From Schmidtea nova (lineage: Eukaryota), in contig CM097882.1 of assembly GCA_044892505.1 (NCBI GenBank), forward strand, positions 60,574,001-60,638,000: DNA of 64,000 bases, read 5' to 3'. This document shows positions 38,715-48,789 of this stretch, piece after piece. How positions within the stretch are numbered: the stretch's first letter is position 1; every line of letters begins with the position of its first letter. Made by a program: the position numbers and the translations under genes. Under the pieces are notes generated by a model that saw nothing but the letters and a program-made list of their open reading frames with translations, made no database searches and was not told where the DNA came from.

Positions 38715-41700
38715 TGTTATATATTTAATAATGATTTGTTTTAATATTCTATATTAAGACATTCATCATTATTCAAATTGAATAAAAACTTTTAGTATTA
38801 ATTGCTTTTTATCAGTTCAATTTTATTCAATTTGAATCATCATGAATCTGAAAATCTTTCAAAAAGCTCTTCCGGAAAATGCCTCTGAAAATGAATTTCT
38901 CCAATGGAAGCGTGTGTTCGAGACATACATCAGAAGACTGGTATTATCAGACAACGACAGTTTAGAAGCTCTTCTCTAGTTAGTGCCATAAAACATTTTC
39001 ATCACCTTGGAACAGTGCAGCGATTACAAAGAAGCAATACAAAAGTTAATAGCAAGGCATGTCAAGAGGTCCTCATCAACTCTCATGCGGTTCAAGATCA
39101 GAACAATGATGCAAGAGAACAATGAAACAATCGAAGACTTTACAACAAGACTCACAGTTGCAGTTCACAAGTGTCCAACTCCAGCTCTCTCTGCAGAAGA
39201 ACATCATAATTTAATGATAAGCGACGCATTAGTCTTTGGAATTAGCTCAAATGAAATTCGACGAAGACTCTTGGAGTTAGAAAACGTCAGCCTCCAAGTC
39301 ATGGTTACACGTGCGATGTCTCTAGAATCTGCAATAAAAGATTCTAACTATCTTCGACAGGATCAGCAGTCAGAGCCAACTGTAGACAGATCAGTCTATA
39401 CAACATCAGCAATGACTACTAGCTGCCAATGGTGTGGTAAATCTAAACATTCGCGATCTAGTTGCCCAGCAAGAAACTCTGTTTGCAACAAATGTCAGAA
39501 GAAAGGTCACTGGAGTCCGGTATGTTTAGCTAAAAAGATAGCGTCTATCTCTACTGAAGAAACAAACATGGACGTTGACGGACCGATTCAGAGTTGCTCT
39601 ATTTCTAGATTAGCAACAATCAATGCCCAAAATTCTTTAGTTGAGGCTTTTCTCGATGGAAACTCAGTTCTAACATTAATTGATACGGGATCAGATTTGT
39701 CCTTTGTGTCAGAAGAATTCCTCAATAGTAAGAATCTAACCTTTAATCACAAAGAAGTAAAACAGGTTCTCCTTGCGAATAAATCGATATCCTCAACTTT
39801 AGGTAACTACTATGGAAAGTTAATGTTGGCAAACAAGGTCTACGAGGCACATTTCCAAGTCTCCAAATCACTGGTCACTAAAGTGATAATTGGAATGGAC
39901 ATCCTAAAAAGACACTCGAGAATTAATCTAGAACTTTGTGGCAATAGACATCCGATCACACTATCTCTAGCTCTCAAGACAATGACATGTGACACGTATC
40001 CGCTCTTGCCAGGAGTTGACATAAGTAAAATCAAACCAATCGCTATGCCATCACGACGGTCCTCACAAAATTCAGAGTTTATCAGCCAAGAAATATCGAG
40101 ACTCCTCTCCGACAGAATCATTCAAGAAAGCCAAAGTCCTTGGCAAGCACAGTGCTTCGCCATCAACTAGAACAGCAAACAACGGCTCGTAATAGATTAC
40201 TCAAATACAATCAATCGATACACTAATCTTGACTCAAACCCAATGCCTAGAATTGACGATCTGCTCTTTAAAATAGCAAAGAACACAATTTTCAGTAAGG
40301 TAGGCCTCAAGTCAGCATATCATCAGGTCCAAATTCAACCATCAGACTATCAACTAACTGCTTTCGAAGCACAGGGTAAATTATATGAATTTACCAAACT
40401 ACCTTTCGGTTGCACCAACGCAGTCCCAATTTTTCAGAGAATCATCGACAAATTCATCCAAGACAACAATCTTCAGTCAACGTTTACTTATCTCGATGAC
40501 ATAATAATTGGTGGTAAAAATAAAGAAGAGCACGATCAAAACCTTAAAGAATTTCTAAAGGCCTCTAAAGTGAAAAATCTACAAATAAACGAAAGCAAAA
40601 GTAAGTTTTCTACAACGTCTATATCATTTCTAGGACACGTAATTGAAAACCAATCAATAAGGCCAGATCCGGACCGTTTCAAGGCTCTCATGGACCTTCC
40701 AATTCCAGCGTCTACAAAAGAAATGGATCGTTTAATAGGTTTTTTTGCATATTACGCAAAATGGATCCCACGATGCTCAGAATACACGAGAATACTAACT
40801 GATTCTCGTAAAGAACTCACGTCAAGCAACACACTGCCAAATGAATGCATCGAAACAATACATTTACTGAAGACCAAATTACAAACTGCTTCACTACATT
40901 CCCCAACTCAAGATCAACCTTTAGATATTGAAACCGATGCATCCGACTATGCATTGGGCGGAGTATTGAGTTAGAACGGCCGACCGATTGCATTCTTTTC
41001 TCGTTTACTCTCAAAGTCAGAAAGAAATCACTCCATCATTGAAAAAGAGGCCGCGGCAATCGTCGAATGTACCCAAAAATGGCGTAGCCTCTTACATTCG
41101 GTACCTTTCTTTAATATTCTTACAGATCAGAAGTCAGTTTCGTTAATATTCAATCGGCAAAAATTATCCAAAACTAAGAATGAAAAGATCGCACGATGGA
41201 GAATTGAATTATCAGATCTGAGATTCAACATAAAATACAAACCAGGTCCCGACAACATACCAGCTGACGCATTATCTAGATGTAGTTCAATAATTAGTTC
41301 TAACTCTTTAAAGTTACTTCATGGAAGTTTATGTCATCCCGGTATCACTCGTATGTATCATTACTGCCGAGCGAAGAATCTACCATACTCCATCCAAGAC
41401 ATTAAAAACGTTATTGGAAACTGTGAAACATGCAAACAGATAAAACCAAGATATTTCAAACCTCCAAGTAGAAGCCTAATCTCATCAATGAAACCCTGGG
41501 ATAGAATTTCAATCGACTTTGTGGGACCTCTACAAAGCACAACATCTAATCGTTTCTTGCTCGTCGTTGTCGACGAATATTCCAGGTACCCTTTTGCCTT
41601 TCCTTGTGCTAACGTCGATTCTGACACCGTAATAAAACACATGTTAAGTTTATTTACCTTGTTTGGTTCACCTTCGCCCGTACATAGCGACAGAGGAGCA

Positions 41701-42462
41701 CAATTCGAAAGCAGACAATTCAATGACTTTTTAATTAAACACGGAGTGGCGAAGACACGTACAACGCCTTATCAACCTCAAGGTAACGGTCAATGCGAAA
41801 GAATGAATGGAATTCTATTGAAAACGATAAACTTAGCCCTAAAGGAAAACAATATGAGCAAGGAGCATTGGGAAAAAGTATTGGACGTATCCCTTTCATC
41901 AATAAGATCACTGCTGTGCGTCTCTACTAATTCGACACCTCACGGTCGAATGTTTAAATTTGATCGAGCGTCCGTAATTGGATGTGATTTACCAGAATTT
42001 CTACGAAATACTGATCAAAACATCCTACTAAAACGCCACATTCGCTATAAAAATGATCCACTTGTCGATGAAGTCAAACTGATCGAGACAATATCGCCAT
42101 ACTATGCAAGAGTACAACACAGAGATGGAAGGACAGACACAGTATCGACGAGTCACCTTGAACCATGTTCAAATAGCTCAGCTGATACGACCTGTACAGA
42201 GCTTGAAAGTGGGAAAGACACCCAAGAAACGTTCGGGTATTCCAAGACTGCATTTGAAGACAGTTTGTCGTCACAGAATCAGCAGGAAGCGAATCGACTA
42301 CCCGATCTTGAAGACAAGTAAAAGTACCGTCACGATTCTTAACCTAGAGGGGAAGAATGTTATATATTTAATAATGATTTGTTTTAATATTCTATATTAA
42401 GACATTCATCATTATTCAAATTGAATAAAAACTTTAAGTATTAGTTGCTTTTTATCAGTTCA
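38715..42462 (+). mobile_element. Complete compact Ty3/gypsy (Mag-like) LTR retrotransposon, 3748 bp, with 105-bp LTRs and 5-bp TSD
   Basis: LTRs 38715-38819 and 42358-42462 (TG...CA, 2 mismatches in 105 bp), TSD ctacc (38710-38714, 42463-42467), and polypurine tract (PPT) agaggggaagaa (42346-42357). Confidence 0.97.
38842..42321 (+). pseudogene. Single-frame gag-pol (gag with twin CCHC, protease, RT, RNase H, integrase) with four premature stops and no frameshift
   Basis: ATG at 38842 and all track ORFs (39007, 40243, 41353) share one frame. Motifs: CQWCGKSKHSRSSCPARNSVCNKCQKKGHWSPVC, LIDTGS, YLDDIII, ETDASDYALGGVL, H-x4-HPGITRM...CETC, ISIDFVGPL, HSDRGAQF, NGQCER. Stops: TAG 38977, TAA 38989, TAG 40168, TAG 40972. 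Confidence 0.93.
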
Positions 42463-43031
42463 CTACCGACGTAGGGTTAATTAGTAATTTAATATACAAA
42501 TAAATATACATGTTCGTATGTTATAGCAAAACCTTGTTTTTATTCTGTTAATTGTAGTTTTAATTTTTTTTGTAATAAAGTTATTTTTGTTTAAAAAGTG
42601 TTTATATTATTATATATATATTAAAAAAATATGGGGAGGCGCCAAGAAAAAAATTTTTTTGGGGGAGGCTCGGTAGCATAAAGGTTGGAAACCGCTGGTC
42701 TAATGTGATATAGATGGAAAATACTCAACAACATTTACAAAGATAAAATTTCAGAGACTTAACAAGATAAAGAATTATATTGGAAAAACTAGTAAGTTCG
42801 AGGCCAAATGAATTGTGTAGGAAAGTCACCAAAATATTATTCTTTGAACGATTTTCTCTAAAGATTTCTTTTAATATAAAATTTTGGAGTCATATTCTAC
42901 ATCTTTAAAGTTCCAAAATAGTTGGAAAAACTGATTTAATTTATTTGTATTGGGTTCAGATTTATTTAAATATAAACAAAAATAAGTAAACAAAATGCAT
43001 ATATAATTTAAAACACAACAAACAGACTTAC

Positions 43032-43275
43032 TCCATAAACTACCGGGGCATAATCTGTGTAATGCATGTTTGACATTGTGGTCAATAATCTGTCTCTGAG
43101 GCATCAAAAGTTGAACTGGAGTTAATGGAAACGGTAAAGGTAAATAGGAAGTCAAAGTTCTATTTGATATTGGTTTGTTAAAGAACATTAATTTCAGAAT
43201 TTTGGAAGGACTGAAAGCACTTGTAGTGCATTCTCTGGAATCATCTCCAAAGACCGGCAATGGCCCATATGCTGG
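43032..43275 (-). CDS. Candidate internal exon of an unidentified minus-strand gene (81 codons)
   Basis: ttgtag|CCA GCA TAT...TTA TGG A|GTAAGT, open throughout: PAYGPLPVFGDDSRECTTSAFSPSKILKLMFFNK...HALHRLCPGSLW. Its phase-1 exit is compatible with the exon at 32610. Confidence 0.55.
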
Positions 43276-43376
43276 CTACAATATAAAATTTTTAATTTTA
43301 AAATAAAACAGCAACAATATTCATAATTAATATTTATTTTATCAATATAATTATAAATATAATTATAATTATTATT

Positions 43377-43555
43377 ATTAAATAAATTAATTAATAAGTA
43401 ACAAAATAAGCCTTTGCTGCAATAACAATTTTATTAGGTGAGAAAATTTTCGGTCATAAAATATAAACCGAAATATAATCGAAAGTTTTCTCACTTAAAT
43501 AAATTGTTATTGCAGCAAAGGCTTATTTTGTTACTTATTTATTAATTTATTTAAT
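43377..43555. repeat. Near-perfect 179-bp palindrome (fold-back MITE)
   Basis: The 55-bp outer arms differ at one position. Pairing extends imperfectly to about 77 bp around a short loop. Confidence 0.85.
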
Positions 43556-44201
43556 ACTTAATGCTGCTANNNNNNNNNNNNNNNNNNNNNNNNNNNNNNN
43601 NNNNNNNNNNNNNNNNNNNNNNNNNNNNNNNNNNNNNNNNNNNNNNNNNNNNNNNNNNNNNNNNNNNNNNNNNNNNNNNNNNNNNNNNNNNNNNNNNNNN
43701 NNNNNNNNNNNNNNNNNNNNNNNNNNNNNNNNNNNNNNNNNNNNNNNNNNNNNNNNNNNNNNNNNNNNNNNNNNNNNNNNNNNNNNNNNNNNNNNNNNNN
43801 NNNNTCATTTTTATTAACAATTTTTAAAAAATGACTTAATTTTTATTCCTTAAAATTCAAGAATTGATTTTAGAATTATAAAAGATGTTTTAAAGAACAT
43901 TTTTAAATTGTGAAGAAGCTTGCAAAATTAATTTTTTAAAGACTATCAATCAAATCTTTTAAAAGTTACATGAATTTTCATTTTATATTTGATCTCGTCT
44001 ATAAAAAATGAAAGTCTTTCAAATATAAAATTTTAATATAAAAATTTAATATAAAATTTTAAAATATGTTGCAACATTTTGTCAAAAAAGTATTGAAAAT
44101 ATTATGATTGAAATGTTAAAAACAATAAAATCATAACGAGTATGAAATATAAGTTACTAGTGTACATTGTCACATCAATCGCACTTGACAAATATTTGGA
44201 C

Positions 44202-44355
44202 CTTAAAAATATCCTGATCACTCCAATAAAAAATTCTTTCCAATTGACTTATCACTTCTTTCTGAACATTTTCCTTCTCATGAATTCAGAAGAATCAAAA
44301 TATGATGAGTCAATTGGAAACAACTTCATTTTGGAATGATCAGGATCCTTTTAAG
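44202..44355. repeat. Fold-back repeat (MITE-like), about 154 bp
   Basis: 53-bp arms (44202-44254, 44303-44355) are roughly 80% complementary by eye. A second partial copy lies at 21433-21525. Confidence 0.7.
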
Positions 44356-45115
44356 ATTAAAATATTTCATCGAATAATAATTTCAGAGAAAAGCTTAACC
44401 TAATCCTTATATTTCAATAAACTCTGCTAACGACAAAACAATGTACTTTATATTATAATTATAATTATTAATGATTAATGTTATTACTTTGTCAACTAAT
44501 CGTGGGAATAATCCAAAAGGGGTGGGTGTAAATTCAGAATATTGGCTGAATATTTTGTACCAACTATCGGCTAACGACTTTTGATTTTCTAAAATTATAA
44601 GAAAAATTTAACATTAAATAAATTTTAAATAATATTTCCAATTTACCTATAGTTCATTTATTATATTTTCTTATTCTTGATATTATTGAATATTATTGAA
44701 AATTATTTATTATTTTAAATTTAATCTTTATCTCTTACACGTTAACACACCTTAAAAGTAGTTACCACTTTTAACTTAATGTTTTGCACATATTCAAACA
44801 CGAGGAAAAATTCTTTTATTTTTATACGGTTCTCTGATTTAACATAAGATCTTGCAAGTTCTACAATAGCTCATTTTTTCTTCGCTTTTTGCGTCTACTA
44901 CCACGAAACAATTGCTTTCTACTATAAATCAGTGTATCAAAATAACTGACAGTGTCTGAAAGACTGGATATAAGTGAAATAATAAATCAAAGGTGAAGAA
45001 GGTTAAAGATTTTCAATTATTAAAAAAAATTATTAAATATAACTTCAATAAAAATAAAGTAAACACTAGAAGGATAAAAGGATATAGAAACGATGTGATT
45101 GATATTACTCTACCA

Positions 45116-46977
45116 CGGTGATGGCGAACCCTTTAAAGACTGCGTGCCACAATTGCAACCTAAAATGGCTTTATCTATCCCATCGTGCCAGCAATTTTAT
45201 AAACATTATAGTTACTTTTCTGTAAAAAAAAGACTTTTAGATGATAAAGACTTTTTAGATCTTTATCAATTTGTTAACAAGATGTTGAATTACAAAGGTT
45301 TCAATGAAACAAATAGCCTTTATTGAAAATTTGTTTTTATGTCATACATTTTATTAAATCACTGCGAACTCTGTTGTTGCGAACATTCAGATAACTTGTT
45401 AATTGACGGTTCATATTTCGTTAAATGGAGTGCAACGCATACAGCAATCAAGTCATCTGTAAGCCAGCTTCTTCTGCCTAATGTGAAAAAATGCAATGTT
45501 GAAAACAGCTGCTCACAAGATTAAGATGATTCAAACAAAGTAAGAAAAGTTTCATTGACATAAAATTAATTGGCAGAGAATTAAATGCTAAAAGTTTCAG
45601 AACTATTTGCAACGTTTTCTTTCATCATCCCTTTACACTTTATTTTCTCAAGTACTTCACAGAGGTCACAGAATTCATTATTTCAGGTATAGTTTTCTTG
45701 AAATTCTACTAGCTATATTTCTAGATTTCTAATTCCAGCCAGTGTAAACAGAAAACATCAACATCTTCAAATAAGATTTTTTCTGGAAAGGTAAGAAAAT
45801 ACAGAGTTTTTTCCATTTTACGAAACTGTAAAACGTTTTTACTAAAATTATCCTTCGTTGCAGTTTAAAAATTTTTTGAAAATTTTCTTTTTGCTAAAAG
45901 AATTGTCTGCAAATTTGGTCGAGGTTTGGAAAATATTTGAATTCCTCACTTTAGATGTTTTTTTTCAAAATTTTCAGTTTCTCTCAAATGATTTTAGATC
46001 ATAGAACATCCTTTCTGCTGTTTTTTTCCTAATCCTTGTAGTTTTGTTTCCAGTGCAGTGAAGTGTAAAGTAAAGTCTGTAAAGAATATGAAATTGTTAA
46101 GCCAAGCCACGTCAATAAGCTATGGAAAGTCTTGTCCTTTTTCATTCTCGAAAAGTCTAATTTTTTCCAAGCAAGCAAAAAATCATTTAAGAACTAGTCC
46201 TCTGCTCAACCATAGGACATTGTAATACATAAGTAAAGTATTATACTGTGCTTGGACCTCACCAAAAAATGTTTAAAACTGACGAAAATGAAGTTCACGA
46301 GCTATTATGTAATTCAGCATTTTTGTTACATCTTTCAGTAAATCATCAAATATTTTGCTACTTTCTTTTGCACAAAAAGTTTCTTGATATTTAATACAAT
46401 AAAACTAAATGACTTGATGTTCTATTTCATTCACAAACAATTTTATGAAACAAAGTTATTCGTCTTGTTTTAATATATTTAATCAGTGGTATCCAACAGA
46501 AATTTGATTGTAGCCACAATCGTCATTTTGAAAATCTTAATTCACCACATTAAAAGAAATTTAAAAAACACGTTTAATTAGAAATTTAATGTTTCAATTT
46601 TAGGAATTACACAAGTGAAAAAATAAAAAAATTATTTAGTGGGATGTTTGCAATTTTCTCTTGCACCATGCCTCAGAAATCTGATGCAATTGGATATGTA
46701 ATATCAAAAAATTACACGTTGGTTGTTTATAGAAACTCGCCATATATGAAACTAAATTTAAAATCATGCAATATGAAAAACGCAACTCAGAAAACGCCTA
46801 CTAAAGATTAAAATTTCGTTTGTTTTTATATGTAAAAAATTATTTCACAAGGTCGTAGCTTTTAAGAATAAATTGAAATCTCGGCCTATGCATATTTCAG
46901 TGGCAATGGCCCATTCGCTACAAACGCATAACTCAATAGTCAAATGTGGCAAGTTGTGACTGTGCTGGGCATCACTG
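45116..46977 (-). mobile_element. Degenerate Buster/GTF2IRD2-like hAT transposon
   Basis: Minus-strand fragments YQETFCAK...NVLWLSRGLVL...WLNNFIFFTDFTLHF...KLQG and CEQLFSTLHF...WLTDDLIAVCVALHLTKYEPSI. Ends are CGGTGATGGCGAACC (45116) and gctgggcatcactg (46977). The flanking 8-mers differ (ctctacca vs tattaaat). Confidence 0.8.
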
Positions 46978-47308
46978 TATTAAATTAACTATTATAAAAA
47001 TTTAAAAATTTAAAAATGAATAAATATTATTTAGGTTTGTTAAATGTTAATTTTTATAAACTAAAATATTTTTAAAATTAAAAAAGTTTTCTAAAAATTT
47101 AAATGGGTCATTTAGGCCAATGAATAAAATACTCGTTTGTTGGATAATTTTAATAAATAATTTACAAAATTATATGTTTACTAATTTCCTTTGCTATTAT
47201 ATCGAAAAACTTAATTTTTATCCAATGAAAATATAGCTAATTCAATATTAAAAATATTTTTATTCAATTTAAAAGAAAAAATTTATTAACAATTAAAACT
47301 TTTTAAAT

Positions 47309-48193
47309 ATGTCACTAAGCGATTATCCAATTATTGAAGTTATTCAACAATCTGAGAAGGGGTCAACGAGTCTTGCTGTAAATAATTCCCCTTTCAACCA
47401 AGATCATCCTTTAGTTATTATTAAAACTATTAAAAAAGAACAAACTGCGTATTTTATCTTTAATAATAAGATCACAGATATTCCAACAGAAGCGCAATTC
47501 TATAATCTAATAAAAGATGAAAATATTTCTCCAAAGTTTTTACGACATTTTGTAGATACTGACCACGTACTAGTTATCGAGTACTTGGGTGGTAGATGGC
47601 TAGACCTTTTAGATTTTACACTTACAAAATTACCAGAAGAATCAGTTGTCAAAAAAATCTTTATTAAAATTGTAAAAGCGCTCTACATATTGGCTAGGAA
47701 GAATATTTATCATCTCGATATCAAACCAGAAAATATTATGATAAATCAAACGACTTTAGAAATAAAAATTATTGACTATGAAACTGCAATTCAGAAAAGA
47801 AGTTTATTTTCAGTTACCAGTAGTCAAATAGTCGGAACAGAACTTTATATGGGACCAGAACGGTTTTCTGGTAAATATTATGATGTCAGAAAAAGTATTG
47901 TATATACTTTAGGAGTCGTATTGTACACATGCATTGAAAGAGTAGATGCATCCGACGAAGGTTTCAGATTTAAAACATCATCAGAATTAGCTAAAATGTT
48001 TATATTGGAATGCATTGAAACCAATCCGAATAAAAGACCGAATTTTAAATATTTATTAGATCACCAATATTTTTCAAATGTTCATGGTTTGAAATCTACA
48101 GTGAATTTCCCTTCAAATTATACGAGATATTCAAAGAAAAATATTTTTTTGCGTGCATTTTTATTTGCGTGTGCATGTATTTTGCGGTTTTAA
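47309..48193 (+). CDS. Intronless divergent Ser/Thr protein kinase, PIM-like (294 aa)
   Basis: VIIK (subdomain II Lys), TE (alphaC Glu), LVIEY hinge, HLDIKPENIMI, IKIIDYE, GTELYMGPE, SIVYTLGVVLY (no Asp in subdomain IX, as in PIM kinases), KRP. Confidence 0.85.
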   Translation: MSLSDYPIIEVIQQSEKGSTSLAVNNSPFNQDHPLVIIKTIKKEQTAYFIFNNKITDIPTEAQFYNLIKDENISPKFLRHFVDTDHVLVIEYLGGRWLDLLDFTLTKLPEESVVKKIFIKIVKALYILARKNIYHLDIKPENIMINQTTLEIKIIDYETAIQKRSLFSVTSSQIVGTELYMGPERFSGKYYDVRKSIVYTLGVVLYTCIERVDASDEGFRFKTSSELAKMFILECIETNPNKRPNFKYLLDHQYFSNVHGLKSTVNFPSNYTRYSKKNIFLRAFLFACACILRF

Positions 48194-48789
48194 GAACAAT
48201 ATAATCTTCCTTGTTAAAAATGATTTTTGTCGAGTTTTTTGTAAGGTTGTTCGAGAGTTTCATTTGAAATCAAATAAGTTTTATTTCGTTCACAAACAAT
48301 TTTTGAAACAATTTTTTTCGTTTTGTTTTAATATATTTAAGTTATTGGAATAATCTTTAAAAAAGTAAGTAATTAAAATAGAAAATTGAAATTCATTTTA
48401 AATAAATTTTCTTCAAAAAATATAATAAAAATAATTTTATAAGAATCCAAGCACTCACTAGGTGTTTAAAATTTAATACATTTTTGTGTTTTATAATTAT
48501 TTCTACCCGATTTGTCTACAACATTATAAAGATTATATTCATTATTAGCACATCGTTAACACATGTTAGTTTGTTTGTCATTATTGCAAACTAATATTAA
48601 ATTCTTTTTTATATTCTTTTTTAGGTATAGTTTTTATATTCTTTTTTATGATCGTTTTTACGGTGTAAAACTATATTTTTCTAGTGAAAATTTGTTTTGT
48701 ATGGTTGTGTAATGTATGTAGCAGAGTTTTTGTGGTAATCTTTGTTTTAGTTGTAATTTGTTTTGAATTGTTTTTATAGGCATAATGTT

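Larger units (their letters stand above)
38254..42476. mobile_element. piggyBac-like MITE (about 470 bp without the LTR element), split by the LTR retrotransposon
   Basis: TTAA|CCC at 38250-38256 and GGG|TTAA at 42474-42480. Internal inverted repeat gtcg(a/g)tcgcgtggggtctttaaaggcc at about 38260-38286 and about 38664-38690. Confidence 0.85.
36906..42697 (+). mobile_element. Buster/Charlie (ZBED5/ZBED8-like) hAT transposon, internally deleted and frameshifted, hosting two nested insertions
   Basis: TIRs CAGTGGTTTCCAAC / CAGCGGTTTCCAAC and a perfect 8-bp TSD gtcTAatg (36898-36905, 42698-42705). Transposase pieces CTDGAHSMSG, MLHRAALVSK, CEVRWLSRAKV, LAYLVEIFGKL and LLPFVTSYLYETGLS. Confidence 0.93.

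Noticed and set aside
14205-42274. Short track ORFs antisense to or overlapping transposase and pol genes (e.g. 14205-14432, 18018-18203, 39840-40121, 41361-41723, 42074-42274)
   Set aside because: They are shadow frames of real coding sequence, with no independent evidence.
33480-42321. Possible non-standard genetic code (TAA/TAG read as Gln), suggested by Gln-revertible stops in gag-pol and by stop-interrupted frames near 33.5-34.2 kb
   Set aside because: The ROCO exons (over 700 codons), the pogo transposase and the kinase contain no in-frame TAA/TAG, use CAA/CAG freely, and the complete ORFs end in ordinary stops. Nonsense mutation in dead copies is sufficient.
2181-43827. Track ORFs that run through N blocks (e.g. 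2181-2630, 3513-4133, 4524-4836, 20629-20886, 21047-21493, 22725-22934, 43551-43827)
   Set aside because: Their length comes from untranslatable Ns. Only the non-N parts were evaluated.
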